Positions 51,085 through 62,852 of a DNA stretch of 64,000 nucleotides are shown here, one piece after another; positions within the stretch are counted from its first letter, which is position 1; each line of letters opens with the position of its first letter. Source of the stretch: Leptolyngbyaceae cyanobacterium (lineage in GTDB: Bacteria > Cyanobacteriota > Cyanobacteriia > Phormidesmidales > Phormidesmidaceae); assembly GCA_965263355.1 (NCBI GenBank), contig CBDHHL010000032.1, forward strand, positions 3,776,001 to 3,840,000. Reading direction: 5' to 3'. The notes under the pieces are model-generated. The model had not been told where the DNA came from. It ran no database searches and saw only the letters and a list, made by a program, of their open reading frames with translations. The position numbers and the translations under genes were made by a program.

Positions 51085-51363
51085 ATGACAAATTCAGGTG
51101 GAGTTGAAGGGGCTGACAAGAAAGTTGTAGCCGGTATTTTAGGTATCTTGTTGGGTGCCCTTGGCATCCATAAGTTTTATCTGGGATATACCAATGAAGG
51201 CATCATTATGTTGCTGGTTTGCCTCATTGGCGGTACGGTAACTTGTGGCGTTGGCTCGGCTGTGGTTGGTGTGATTGGTCTAGTTGAAGGGATTCTATAT
51301 TTGACTAAGTCAGATGAAGAATTTGTCAGTACCTATGTTACTAACAAAAAGCCCTGGTTCTAA
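51085..51363 (+). CDS. TM2 domain protein
   Basis: KK..AGILGILLG.LGIHKFYLGY...G, EGILYLTKSDEEF..TYV..KK.WF. Confidence 0.93.
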   Translation: MTNSGGVEGADKKVVAGILGILLGALGIHKFYLGYTNEGIIMLLVCLIGGTVTCGVGSAVVGVIGLVEGILYLTKSDEEFVSTYVTNKKPWF

Positions 51364-51816
51364 GTGAGGGGCATGTTATTGCCAAAATCATTAATCTATT
51401 TGCGCCTGGGGCTATTGGGAGCGCTGTGTACACCGCTCTTGATAGTGGTGCTGACGTTATTTGGATATGATATATCGCTGTGGGGATGTCCGCTGAAAGC
51501 ATTGGTGGGCATCCCTTGCCCTACTTGGGGGATGACACGAGCGGTGTTTGCGATCGCGCACAATCAATGGTCAGCCGCTGTAGAGTACCACCTACTAGCT
51601 CCCCTGGTTGTCATTTTATGGGCAGTGGCCCTTGTCCAGGTCAGTATTGAACTTTGGACTAAGCGTCTATGGAGTTGCTGGTGGCAGCGTCGCAGTCTAT
51701 GGTATGTAGGGCTTATAATAACGTTTGGATACCACGCTTTCCGATTATACGGACTCTGGGTTTCAGGTGTACTGGCTACAGATATGCAGCAGTCTTTTCT
51801 AAGGACTCTGCTCTAA
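51364..51816 (+). CDS. DUF2752 family membrane protein
   Basis: CPL....GIPCP.WGMTRA motif; directly abuts the TM2 gene. Confidence 0.85.
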   Translation: MRGMLLPKSLIYLRLGLLGALCTPLLIVVLTLFGYDISLWGCPLKALVGIPCPTWGMTRAVFAIAHNQWSAAVEYHLLAPLVVILWAVALVQVSIELWTKRLWSCWWQRRSLWYVGLIITFGYHAFRLYGLWVSGVLATDMQQSFLRTLL

Positions 51817-51848
51817 ATCAAAGCAGCTTCTGCGACTAAATAATTGTT

Positions 51849-52034
51849 ATGCGTAATCGTAAATTACCTCTCAAAGCAGGATTGGTCATAGCAGGATTGA
51901 CCTACTGTCAACTCTTTGCGCTCATGGACATCAATCCTTTTCTTAAAAACTATTTGATTTTGGTACCAATACAGCTGGGGGTACTTATGTATTTTGGTTA
52001 TAGGCACTGGAGTGGCAACTATAAGCAGCCGTAA
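51849..52034 (+). CDS. Small two-TM hypothetical protein
   Basis: 61 aa with two hydrophobic segments; co-oriented with its neighbours. Confidence 0.6.
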   Translation: MRNRKLPLKAGLVIAGLTYCQLFALMDINPFLKNYLILVPIQLGVLMYFGYRHWSGNYKQP

Positions 52035-52095
52035 TTAGCTTCCTGAGAAGCGTCTACAGACCTAAAATCGGATAACAACCTTAGCCTAAACTTAC

Positions 52096-53415
52096 ATGCA
52101 ATCCTTACCTGTAAACTCTTCTGCAGAGGAACCCCGCCTCAAACTGTCAGAAAATTTAACCGAGTTTCCCCTAGAAATTTTAGAGCTGGCCGATTCATTG
52201 GAAATTTTAGATCTCTCCAATAATCAGTTGAGCAGCTTACCCCAAGAATTTGCCCAACTCAAGCAGCTCAGAATCGCATTCTTTAACAATAATCAGTTTG
52301 AAGAATTTCCCGAGGTGCTAGCGGCGTGCCCCAATCTATCAATGATCAGCTTTAAGGAAAATCGGCTGAAAACCATTAGCGAATCAGCCCTCTTTCCAAC
52401 TATTCGATGGCTAATTTTGACCAATAATCAGCTGACCACGTTGCCGAAGAGTATTGGTAATCTAAATCGGTTACAAAAATGTATGCTAGCTGGCAACCAG
52501 CTTGAGTCTTTGCCAGATGAGCTAGCCAATTGTCAAAACTTGGAGCTACTTCGACTAGCTGCCAACCAATTGCAAAGTCTTCCTGCTTGGTTGTTTACTC
52601 TCCCCCGATTGACCTGGTTAGCCTACGCTGGTAATCCTTGTGCTCAAGCGACAGACTCCCAAAAAAATACGTCACTCACAGCCATTGATCCAGCCGAACT
52701 GCAGTTGGGAGAAATCTTGGGCCAAGGTGCTTCAGGAGTAATTTATAAAGGTCTGTGGAAAGCAAATATAGTGCAAGATGTTGCAGTCAAACTATTTAAA
52801 GGAGACATTACTAGCGATGGGTTACCGCTAGATGAGATGCAGGCTTGTATAGCGGCAGGTACTCATCCCAACCTGGTGAACGTGTTGGGTAAGCTGAGTC
52901 AGCCCATTGAGGGGAAATCTGGGCTAGTTTTCTCCTTTATTACGTCTGATTACAGTAATCTAGGTGGGCCTCCTAGCCTAACAACTTGCACCCGTGATAC
53001 CTACCCGAAAGATACCTCTTTTACGCTGCCCGTTATTTTAGAAATAGCTCGGAGTATTGCTGCTGTTGCAGGTCATTTACACACCCGAGGCATTATGCAT
53101 GGTGATCTCTATGCCCATAATATCTTGGTTGATCATAAAGGAGAGAGTATTTTAGGAGACTTTGGGGCGGCGTCCTTTTACAATCCAACTGATGTAGTTG
53201 CCGGACAAAACTTTGAAAGACTTGAATCGAGAGCTTATGGTTGTTTATTAGAAGAACTACTGGAGCGCCATGTATCTGAGAATGAAAATGCTGAAGTAAA
53301 AATATTTCAGCATTTGCGTGAATTACAACAGCGTTGTATGTCATCAGTCCCCAATGAAAGACCTTTGTTCAGTACAATTAATCAATTGCTGACAGAGGTA
53401 TCAACGTTTGTTTGA
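52096..53415 (+). CDS. Leucine-rich-repeat protein kinase
   Basis: N-terminal LRRs (LxxLxLxNNQL), LGQGASG, VAVKLFKG, HGDLYAHN, GDFGAA. Confidence 0.92.
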   Translation: MQSLPVNSSAEEPRLKLSENLTEFPLEILELADSLEILDLSNNQLSSLPQEFAQLKQLRIAFFNNNQFEEFPEVLAACPNLSMISFKENRLKTISESALFPTIRWLILTNNQLTTLPKSIGNLNRLQKCMLAGNQLESLPDELANCQNLELLRLAANQLQSLPAWLFTLPRLTWLAYAGNPCAQATDSQKNTSLTAIDPAELQLGEILGQGASGVIYKGLWKANIVQDVAVKLFKGDITSDGLPLDEMQACIAAGTHPNLVNVLGKLSQPIEGKSGLVFSFITSDYSNLGGPPSLTTCTRDTYPKDTSFTLPVILEIARSIAAVAGHLHTRGIMHGDLYAHNILVDHKGESILGDFGAASFYNPTDVVAGQNFERLESRAYGCLLEELLERHVSENENAEVKIFQHLRELQQRCMSSVPNERPLFSTINQLLTEVSTFV

Positions 53416-54247
53416 AATTACTCCCTTTCGGGTACATCATCCTACGACTATGCCATGTCCGATTGTGGTGAGTATTCCCCACAGTGGTTTAGTGGTTCCA
53501 GAAGAGATGAAACGAGTCTTGAATCCTAAATATCGGGGCTTTCTTCCCCATCAGGATTGGCATTTGGATAAGCTATATGCTGAATTACCTGCGCTGGGCA
53601 TTACCGTATTAGCGGCTGTTTACAGTCGCTATGTTGTTGATCTTAATCGTGTTGCTAAAGCTCCCTTTATTGGGAGTTTTTGGCAGGCAGCGGTTCCAAA
53701 ACAAACGGCTTATGGTCAGCCATTGTATCGAGTGTTGCCCTCTAGACAGCAAGTTCAGGATCGGATCAATCAAGTTTATCAACCCTATCATCAGCAATTG
53801 GAACATCTTCTACAGGAGATAGTTGACAAGTTTGGCCATGCTTATCTGTTGGATTTACATAGTTTCGCTGGTCCTATATCTGATCAAGTGTGCTTAGGTA
53901 ATGCAAATGGTCAAACCTGTTCCGAAGATTTAATGTCAGCCATAGAGTCGGCTTTCTCATCTCAAAGTTATCAAGTTGTTCGCAATCATGTTTTTAATGG
54001 TGGCTATATCACTCGACGCTATGGCAATATCTCTAGTGTCGAGTCACTACAAATTGAGTTTCGTTATCACAACTATTTAAATTTAGAACAATTAGAACAG
54101 GAACGGATTCCAGATTGGGAGGTTCCTGAGTTTTATAGAGCAAAACAGCGAATTCAGGATGTATTTAGTTATCTTGTTAAGTTTTTGAGAGAAGATTCCT
54201 ATCCCTCAATGTCTTTACAAGTTTGTCATGGCGATACTCAAAGATAA
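53408..54247 (+). CDS. N-formylglutamate amidohydrolase family protein
   Basis: SIPHSG, DW....LY, SRYVVDLNR, PYH, DLHS, F.GGYITR.YG, LQIE. Confidence 0.9.
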   Translation: MFEITPFRVHHPTTMPCPIVVSIPHSGLVVPEEMKRVLNPKYRGFLPHQDWHLDKLYAELPALGITVLAAVYSRYVVDLNRVAKAPFIGSFWQAAVPKQTAYGQPLYRVLPSRQQVQDRINQVYQPYHQQLEHLLQEIVDKFGHAYLLDLHSFAGPISDQVCLGNANGQTCSEDLMSAIESAFSSQSYQVVRNHVFNGGYITRRYGNISSVESLQIEFRYHNYLNLEQLEQERIPDWEVPEFYRAKQRIQDVFSYLVKFLREDSYPSMSLQVCHGDTQR

Positions 54248-54489
54248 TCGTGAAAGAAACTTGTACAGTTCTATTTTGAATTTTGACAATCAACCAGGGG
54301 AGTCCCAATCACAAATTCCCTCCCTGGCCCCGGTTGTGACAAACAAGATAATGTTGTTTTCTGCGGGCTACTGCCTATAGCCAATGCTCTGATGTATTTT
54401 GACATTTTTCTGTAGGCTGGCAACCGGTTGACCAGACTTAATAGAAAAGGTTAGGTGATTTTGCAGTTGACTCATGACAATAAAAGTAC

Positions 54490-54520
54490 TGCCCCGCTGA
54501 ATTCGCAATTCAGCGGGGCA
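54490..54520 (-). terminator. Terminator hairpin
   Basis: TGCCCCGCTGAATT-cgc-AATTCAGCGGGGCA perfect stem. Confidence 0.7.
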
Positions 54521-54567
54521 ATCAGTATATTTTCTGTTAATTACCTAACGTCAATTGAAGAACGCTC

Positions 54568-57384
54568 TTACACGATTGCAAACTCTACAACCATATCGTC
54601 GTAGTCTGCATCACCGAGGCCAGCTAAATCTTCAAACCCTAAGAGATTAGACCCTAGCTGTCTGACATGGTCATTACCATTACTGTTTTGTCCAGCATGG
54701 CTAAAGTACACATCACTGGCGGTTGGATCAGTGCCATCTGCAATTAGAAAGATTCCTAGGAAGCTACCGCCCTCGATCGAGGCAGTAAAGTTAGTCGTTT
54801 GACCATTTGTTCCGGAAAGGGAGACCTCTAGTTGGTTGGCCAAAGCAGCCGCTTCATACCCTGGATCACCTGGGAATAGAGTGGTACCAGTTACCGGATC
54901 TTGGATGCCGCCATCGGCGGTATCGGTCGTGTAAAACCCAATCGTGTTGTTAAATGCAGCTTCTCGATAGACTGAGAACTCTACCGTTAATGTTCCTGTT
55001 TGGGTGGTGAGATCAATGGCTGCAGCATCATCGACTAACAGATTTGTGATTGTAGTTTCATCTGCGGCTAAAACAGATGCCTGTCCAGTACTTCCAAAGT
55101 CCAGCACCAGGTTTCCATTGCTGTCTAAGCTCGGCGTTGCTATGGTCACGACACCGTCTATGACCAATTCAACCTGAATAAAGACTCCCACATCGACCTG
55201 AGTACTGTTAAGTGTAAAGTTTGGTGCATAGTCATCCCCCAGTTCACCACTTTCGAGTAAGAGGACGCTACCAATCTGAGTGCGATTTCCTCCAGTATTA
55301 TCGGTGGTAAAAACTAAGAGTTCACCAACTTCTTCTACCTCAATATTATCCAAACTAATGGTGATAGTGTCAGCATTAGTCAGACCAGTAATTTCAATGA
55401 TCTGTTCTGTGACAAATGGTGTGAAAACGCCTTCTGGTGCTCCGGCATCGGCGAAAACATCATCATCACGAAAGGCTAAATTCTGGATGCGCTCATCTAA
55501 CTCTCGATCGGTATCTGTCTCGTTAAAGGGAGCATTGGTAGTGCCATCAAAGTTATCTAGCAAATATTCGGCTAGGGCATCTTGTTCAGTGCCATCCGGT
55601 GCAAATGCGGCATCCCCGGTACGGGGGGCATTCTCATCTTGTTCAAGGTCTTGAAAGTTACTACCAAACTCTTGGAATGGATAGTCATCACCTCCGCCAG
55701 CTAAGAAGCCAAGGGTGACAATACGAACAATTTCTTCGGGGTTCCCAATCAGGTCACCATTTTCCACTAAGACATCGAGAATATTACCATCTTCATCTTT
55801 AATAGCGGCTGATTGGATACGTTCGTTGGGGGGAAGTGTTAGATCAAAACTAAACTCGACACCACTGACCTGGGGAAATCGCCCTTGGGTATTGGAATCA
55901 TCCAGACTGCTTGCGGCAATACCATGTTCTAGAACAGCTACCAAGCCTTCGCGAGTAATGTCTAGAACCGTTAGTCCGTTATTAAACCGTAGGGTGTTGG
56001 CAATGTCGGTTTGAGAGATGCCCCCTTCTGGCTTTACCCCAGGAATTTCTTCATTGGGGAGTAGTTCCGGATCGCCAGTGCCACCAGCGGGGACAATGAC
56101 TCGACCAATGTCGTCACGAATACCACCACCGTTCTTAATTGATACCAAAATCGTATCGTCATCAGTGATTTCACGGGCAATGGCCAGATTTGCATCCGCT
56201 GTGAGATTCCCGAGGTTGGTTTCTTCGGTACGCACACTGCCACGTAAGCCGTTTAGGTAAACGTCGCTAACACCAAAGACATTGCTTTCTTGTGCCTCAA
56301 TAATGGCACGCAGTTCGTCTACAATCGTTTGAATTTCTGGGTCAACCAGGCTAGTCGCATTTAGATCAATGACACCTTGTTCATCCGTAGCATAGGCACC
56401 ACTCACCGTAGGATCGTAGCTGTTAGGATCAATCACCCCGTTTTCGTCAAAATCAATTACCAGGCGACCAACGTACTTATAGTTGCCATCGGTGTTAACT
56501 ACGGCTACAGGGTTACCATCAGCACCGGTGATAAATATTGGATAGTCACCCTGATTGCTATCACCATCGCGAGGACGGTCATTGCTATCAAATAAACGAG
56601 TGTTGGAACCACCCGCAACGATAATGTCTACATTGCTTAGACGTTCGGCTAGTGCTTGCTCAATGGAGATTTGCTGCATATGCGCAAGCAATACCACCTT
56701 GTTGACTGTGGGGTTAGCTGTCAGCAGTGCATCTACATCTGCCTGAATTTCAGCAGCCAGTGCATCTAGTTGAGCGGGGGTGGGGTCACTATCAAAAGGA
56801 ATAGGCGAAATAGTGACATCATCAGGACTGGAAATCCGATCAATTGTTGGTGTGGTGGCACCAACAACGCCAATCAGCTCTCCGTTTACATCGATCACGG
56901 TACTGGCGGCTAAACTGTTGGCTTGGGGGGCTTGGGCATCAGCAACGATGAAGTCGTCCAGATTGTCTTCAGTACTAAAATCCAGGTTGGCGCTAAGATA
57001 TGGAAACTGTGCGCCAATAAATGACTCATCTTCCGGTGTGGTAGGGTCATCGACAGCTCCTCCGATCAGATCAGCCAGTAGCTCGGTCCCACGGTCAAAT
57101 TCATGATTACCCAAGGCAATCGCTTGGAACCCAAGCTCGTTTTGAATCAAAATGTCAGCTCGCCCTGCACCGCCCAGGGTTTCTTCTGACGCATCGAAAA
57201 ATAAACCAGGGATAATGGCATCTCCAGAAGAGAGTACCAATGTGTTGTCTATCAGACCATCGTTACCAAGATCTTCGGCTCTGAGAGCATTGAGTACGGC
57301 GGAAAATCGCGGTGCATCATCTAAAGCGGGTATGCCTGCCTCTTGATCGGCGGCATGGAGGAGTTCCAGGGTAAATTCAGGCAT
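54568..57384 (-). CDS. 5'-nucleotidase/atypical alkaline phosphatase (cyanobacterial PhoA-like) with C-terminal DUF4114
   Basis: LLHAADQE, SSGD, GNHEFD, LAHMQ, ETNLGNLTADA, NGGGIR, FPQVSG, GGGD.Y; C-terminal REAAFNN.IGFY...GFEDL...GD.DYDD. Confidence 0.88.
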   Translation of the reverse strand: MPEFTLELLHAADQEAGIPALDDAPRFSAVLNALRAEDLGNDGLIDNTLVLSSGDAIIPGLFFDASEETLGGAGRADILIQNELGFQAIALGNHEFDRGTELLADLIGGAVDDPTTPEDESFIGAQFPYLSANLDFSTEDNLDDFIVADAQAPQANSLAASTVIDVNGELIGVVGATTPTIDRISSPDDVTISPIPFDSDPTPAQLDALAAEIQADVDALLTANPTVNKVVLLAHMQQISIEQALAERLSNVDIIVAGGSNTRLFDSNDRPRDGDSNQGDYPIFITGADGNPVAVVNTDGNYKYVGRLVIDFDENGVIDPNSYDPTVSGAYATDEQGVIDLNATSLVDPEIQTIVDELRAIIEAQESNVFGVSDVYLNGLRGSVRTEETNLGNLTADANLAIAREITDDDTILVSIKNGGGIRDDIGRVIVPAGGTGDPELLPNEEIPGVKPEGGISQTDIANTLRFNNGLTVLDITREGLVAVLEHGIAASSLDDSNTQGRFPQVSGVEFSFDLTLPPNERIQSAAIKDEDGNILDVLVENGDLIGNPEEIVRIVTLGFLAGGGDDYPFQEFGSNFQDLEQDENAPRTGDAAFAPDGTEQDALAEYLLDNFDGTTNAPFNETDTDRELDERIQNLAFRDDDVFADAGAPEGVFTPFVTEQIIEITGLTNADTITISLDNIEVEEVGELLVFTTDNTGGNRTQIGSVLLLESGELGDDYAPNFTLNSTQVDVGVFIQVELVIDGVVTIATPSLDSNGNLVLDFGSTGQASVLAADETTITNLLVDDAAAIDLTTQTGTLTVEFSVYREAAFNNTIGFYTTDTADGGIQDPVTGTTLFPGDPGYEAAALANQLEVSLSGTNGQTTNFTASIEGGSFLGIFLIADGTDPTASDVYFSHAGQNSNGNDHVRQLGSNLLGFEDLAGLGDADYDDMVVEFAIV

Positions 57385-57730
57385 GTTGTTGAAAACCTTA
57401 AGGGGGGAAGCTATCTAGACTAGATAAGCATTTGTGTCTGACAAGATCAGCATGGAGGCTGGGTAATCAGACGCTGCCAGCACCGTGGTTTCAAGTGCGG
57501 TAGGAAGCTGCTCATCCGTCCTGAACTTTTTGCACCCATGAAGATAACATTGGCGAATGTGATTGCCTTGTCAGCTGTAAGACAAAGCAAGTTATCAATG
57601 TTAACTACAAGACAAAGCAAACATTAATGATGATAAAGAAGAGAAAAAGTAGAGTGTGATTACGGAAGTTGTTGGCGTGTGAGTGAGCTAATAATTACGC
57701 TAAAAAATAAAACAATGGGTAACAGATTAC

Positions 57731-58396
57731 TCAGCGCTTCATTGCCAACATCAGACCATCAGCAATGGGCACCAAACTTATTGATACACGTTTATCTGCG
57801 TGGATTTTCTTATTCAGTGTATGAATCTGTTTGGTACGATTATCCTGTTCTTCTATTGGATTAGCCACGCGCCCGGACCACAGTACGTTGTCCACGGCAA
57901 TTAGTCCGCCAGGACGTACTAACTGTAATGTGCGCTCATAATAACTGTCGTAGTTGCTTTTGTCCGCATCAATAAAGGCAAAGTCAAAACTGTTACCATG
58001 GCCTTCGGTCATGAGCTGATCGAGGGTGTCTAAGGCCGGAGCAATGCGTAGGTCAACTTTGTGAGCTACTCCAGCTTTCTGCCAATATTTACGAGCCATA
58101 GCAGTGTACTCATCACTAATGTCGCAGGCAATTAGCCTACCCTCGTCGGCCATGGACATGGCAACAATGAGAGAACTGTAACCAGTAAATACGCCGATCT
58201 CCAGCGCTTTTTTGACCCCCAATAGTTGTACCAACAAACCCAGAAACTGTCCTTGTTCCGGCGCAATTTGCATGACGGCTCTAGGATGCTGGGCATTCTC
58301 TTCTCGTAGTTGTTGTAAAATTTCACTGTCGCGGACGCCAACAGTCAGGAGGTAGCTGTAGAGATTTTCGGTGAGATTGAGAACTTGGGTAGACAT
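57731..58396 (-). CDS. Class I SAM-dependent O-methyltransferase (CCoAOMT-like)
   Basis: MQIAPEQGQF, LEIGVFTGYS, FDFAFIDADK..Y, GGLIAVDNVLW.G. Confidence 0.95.
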   Translation of the reverse strand: MSTQVLNLTENLYSYLLTVGVRDSEILQQLREENAQHPRAVMQIAPEQGQFLGLLVQLLGVKKALEIGVFTGYSSLIVAMSMADEGRLIACDISDEYTAMARKYWQKAGVAHKVDLRIAPALDTLDQLMTEGHGNSFDFAFIDADKSNYDSYYERTLQLVRPGGLIAVDNVLWSGRVANPIEEQDNRTKQIHTLNKKIHADKRVSISLVPIADGLMLAMKR

Positions 58397-58711
58397 TAGA
58401 AAGCGTTTTGAAGGCTAAGTTTGAGGTTGACGGTCATGGATAAGATGAACGTTATCAATCCCGAAGATTTTAAGATAAACAACTCAAAATTGAAAACTTA
58501 AACCTCAAAACTCTATGTATGTCTTTTGTAATCCTTATGTTATATCAAGTCGTCGAAAATGCCCACGATATGATTTTCTGTAAGATCCTTAATTTATAAG
58601 GCATACAACTTATTTTATCTGGCCGTATATTGTGGTCATTCCATCTGACTTGATATTAGTCAGGTTTAGCTGTTTGCTAACCTAGATTACAGCGCGTGTG
58701 AGGAACACCTA

Positions 58712-58897
58712 ATGGATGCGACCCAGGTGGTTCAAGTAGCGGCCCGTGTGGGCTGGATTATTGAAATTAGCCAGCAGGATAATGGTTATCGTTGCTGGTT
58801 GATTAACCGTGAGCTAAATGTATTAAGCGATGGATATATATACGCCACTAGTAGTGCGGCATTAGCTGCAGGCAGGTTGTTTGTTGAGCGAGCGTGA
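58712..58897 (+). CDS. Small hypothetical protein
   Basis: 61 aa with a GAGGAA RBS; GW.I...GY.CW...DG..Y.T..AAL.AGR.FV pattern. Confidence 0.65.
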   Translation: MDATQVVQVAARVGWIIEISQQDNGYRCWLINRELNVLSDGYIYATSSAALAAGRLFVERA

Positions 58898-58910
58898 ATC
58901 AGGACAGTGT

Positions 58911-59450
58911 CTAAGACTGACACAATACCCGACGCATAGTTTTCATGTTGCCAGGTAGGTCAATGCACATGGCTTGCTCTAGCAAAAATTTAGGGGCTGG
59001 AATCATCGGTGTGGCTTTGACAGAATAGGTTAACAAGGTGCCTTCACCAAAATCTTCCAGGACGAGGTCGGCGGCAAAGTCGGCAAATGTGCCCCGTTCT
59101 AGACGAAACTGAATACTTTGATGCAAGTGCTCAACGACGTGGAGATAAATTTCTACCTGGGCTGTGAAAAGGATAAACGCTTTGCGAGCAGCTTGGTATA
59201 GCTTGCGGGTAATGCGTTGAGATTGCTGTCTGACATGGTGCTTGACAGAGGCTTCTAACTCGCGGCTATGGGTAATGTCGGGAAAGTAATGGACCCAACG
59301 ACTATAGTCGGTTAACTGTTCCCAGAGTTGAGATCGCACCAACGGCACGTACATTTGAGCAGTAACGGCAGCCCCTTTACCATTATGTTTTTCAGGCGCA
59401 ATTAGAACATCGCCACGCAGTAAAGCTACTTGTTGTGTCGTCGAAACCAT
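58911..59450 (-). CDS. SRPBCC/polyketide cyclase-like protein
   Basis: AVTAQMY.P, W.QLTDY.RWV.YFPD, G.F.DF.A.L, LTYSV.ATP, DLP.NM. Confidence 0.85.
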   Translation of the reverse strand: MVSTTQQVALLRGDVLIAPEKHNGKGAAVTAQMYVPLVRSQLWEQLTDYSRWVHYFPDITHSRELEASVKHHVRQQSQRITRKLYQAARKAFILFTAQVEIYLHVVEHLHQSIQFRLERGTFADFAADLVLEDFGEGTLLTYSVKATPMIPAPKFLLEQAMCIDLPGNMKTMRRVLCQS

Positions 59451-59676
59451 AGGATAAATTAAGGAAAACTCTATAGGTGTTAATAAAAATTGCGAGTTAA
59501 CTGATAAAGCCTCAAAATGAATTACTAAATATATCTTCCAGATATTTGCTAGTTTGTACTGATTCGTTGCCCATTATTAACCAGGGGGCATAAGACTAGT
59601 GTCAAGCAGGTACATATTTGCGTAAAACCTTAGTAAAACTTGGTGTTCCCTAAGGATTTATACATAATCTGAATCG

Positions 59677-59862
59677 ATGACTAATCGTTTTCGTTTTCGT
59701 CCAATTACTCAACTTTTGCTGGCCACCATTGCGATGACGGCCATTGTTTGGATTCTTCGGGGTACTGGCCTCCTCTCATTTTTGCCAGGAATTATTATTT
59801 GGTTGCTGATTTTGGCGTGTTTTGCGATCGCACTCTTTAGTAGCTTGCAATCCACCCGATAG
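59677..59862 (+). CDS. Small two-TM hypothetical protein
   Basis: 61 aa, VWILRG.GLL.FLPG.IIWLL; contains a HIP1 site. Confidence 0.7.
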   Translation: MTNRFRFRPITQLLLATIAMTAIVWILRGTGLLSFLPGIIIWLLILACFAIALFSSLQSTR

Positions 59863-59967
59863 AATAGTGCACAATGCCCTCCGCTTGTAAATATTTTCTA
59901 AATCAAACGTTAAATAAAATTTTAAATTTATCTGCTAGGTTGCCGAGAAGTTGTGAGGCAATCATTG

Positions 59968-60462
59968 ATGGAACTATTGAAAATATTGGGGGTTCCCCTA
60001 CTGCTACTGCTGTTGGGGGATTTTGTCGCTACATTTATATACCATGTGCCTGAACATGTGTTTGGTCGTTATCACAGCATTGTTCACCACAGTCCCAATC
60101 GTAGCTTCGTTAGTTATGCCCTACGTAAGCATTGTCCTCAGGCTTTGCTGCCAGGTTTTCTCGGCGCATTTCCTTACCTGATGTGGGTGCCCCTACTGTG
60201 GCTGATTTCTCCTCTAGGTACCTTATTTGGGCTACTACTGGCTGAATTGCACGTCATCTGGCGGCATCAATTTTCTCCAGACTATCGCACGCCCAAATTT
60301 GTAAAAATGTTCTGTCGCTGGTTGTGTATTACTACTCCCGAGCGGCATCGACTCCACCATAGGAATGCAAATTTGGCCTATGGAGACATATTTACCTTTT
60401 ACGGTAAGCCAGCCCAACATTGGCTGGCATTTTTGCGCCAGGTCAAACGCCAGTGGGCCTGA
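59968..60462 (+). CDS. Sterol desaturase/fatty acid hydroxylase family protein
   Basis: His boxes YHVPEH, HSIVHH, HVIWRH, HRLHH. Confidence 0.85.
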   Translation: MELLKILGVPLLLLLLGDFVATFIYHVPEHVFGRYHSIVHHSPNRSFVSYALRKHCPQALLPGFLGAFPYLMWVPLLWLISPLGTLFGLLLAELHVIWRHQFSPDYRTPKFVKMFCRWLCITTPERHRLHHRNANLAYGDIFTFYGKPAQHWLAFLRQVKRQWA

Positions 60463-60468
60463 TAAAGA

Positions 60469-60538
60469 CGTTGGACGTCGGAATTCGGACGTCGGAATTT
60501 AGTCACTTCTAATTTCCAATTTTCGACTTCCGACATCC
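60469..60538. repeat. Short STRR-like repeats in inverted arrangement
   Basis: GGACGTCGGAATT twice, followed by the complementary AATTTTCGACTTCCGACATCC. Confidence 0.45.
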
Positions 60539-60544
60539 TGTTAA

Positions 60545-62215
<1,671 letters not shown>

Positions 62216-62221
62216 ATCTAG

Positions 62222-62265
62222 GCCCCGAGCGGAGCCCCTTTCCCTCCTGGGAGGGGCTCCGGGGC
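62222..62265. terminator. Hairpin between convergent pgm and a 90-aa ORF
   Basis: GCCCCG..GGAGCCCCT...AGGGGCTCC.GGGGC. Confidence 0.55.
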
Positions 62266-62275
62266 AGGCTTTTGA

Positions 62276-62548
62276 CTAAATCTCTGGCACCTTCACACTA
62301 CTTTTAACCTGTTGCTTGTCGGCACTCTTGGCATACTTCTCAGCAACAGCGGTCACTTCGGCTACTCGCTCTGCATTACTGACTTCTTCAGCCTTGACCT
62401 TGGCGGCGGCAGCTGCTTTAGCTTTCAAACCATGGCTGGCCCGCGTCAAAAACGATACCGTAAACCCTACACTCAAATAGGTAGCGCTCATAATCGCCCA
62501 TCCTTCGATGATGTAGGTCATCATGTGACTTAAGGTTTCAACGGTCAT
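62276..62548 (-). CDS. Hypothetical protein with N-terminal TM and Ala/Lys-rich tail
   Basis: AGGAG RBS and a hydrophobic N-terminal segment. Confidence 0.6.
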   Translation of the reverse strand: MTVETLSHMMTYIIEGWAIMSATYLSVGFTVSFLTRASHGLKAKAAAAAKVKAEEVSNAERVAEVTAVAEKYAKSADKQQVKSSVKVPEI

Positions 62549-62852
62549 GATGTGCTCCTATTAACGTGAACAACTTTGATTAAAAGAAACTTATGTACTT
62601 GATACCACTGGGTCAGACGGTTAGTGGTCAACTGGGCTAACACAAATAATTGTTTTAATCCTTATTTAAGCAGGTTCTCTTTGGGATCGGTACTTATCGC
62701 TAAAAATACTTTAAACCGGCTTTTATAAAGAACGGTGCAAGTCAATCCATCACTGCTCAGTCATAACGAGGTGTTGTTGTAAATTGGCGAATAGTCCGTA
62801 TTCCAAGGAATCTGGCCTATTCATATAGATATGATTTTATTTATTTAAGACT

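Noticed and set aside
57425..57545. Riboswitch in the nucleotidase leader
   Set aside because: GC-richer segment with some pairing potential, but no match to c-di-GMP, cobalamin or other consensus motifs that I can recognise
51560..59820. Apparent absence of HIP1 sites as evidence of horizontal transfer
   Set aside because: A similarly long gap seems to span the native pil/HU region, and my count is by eye, so it is not diagnostic
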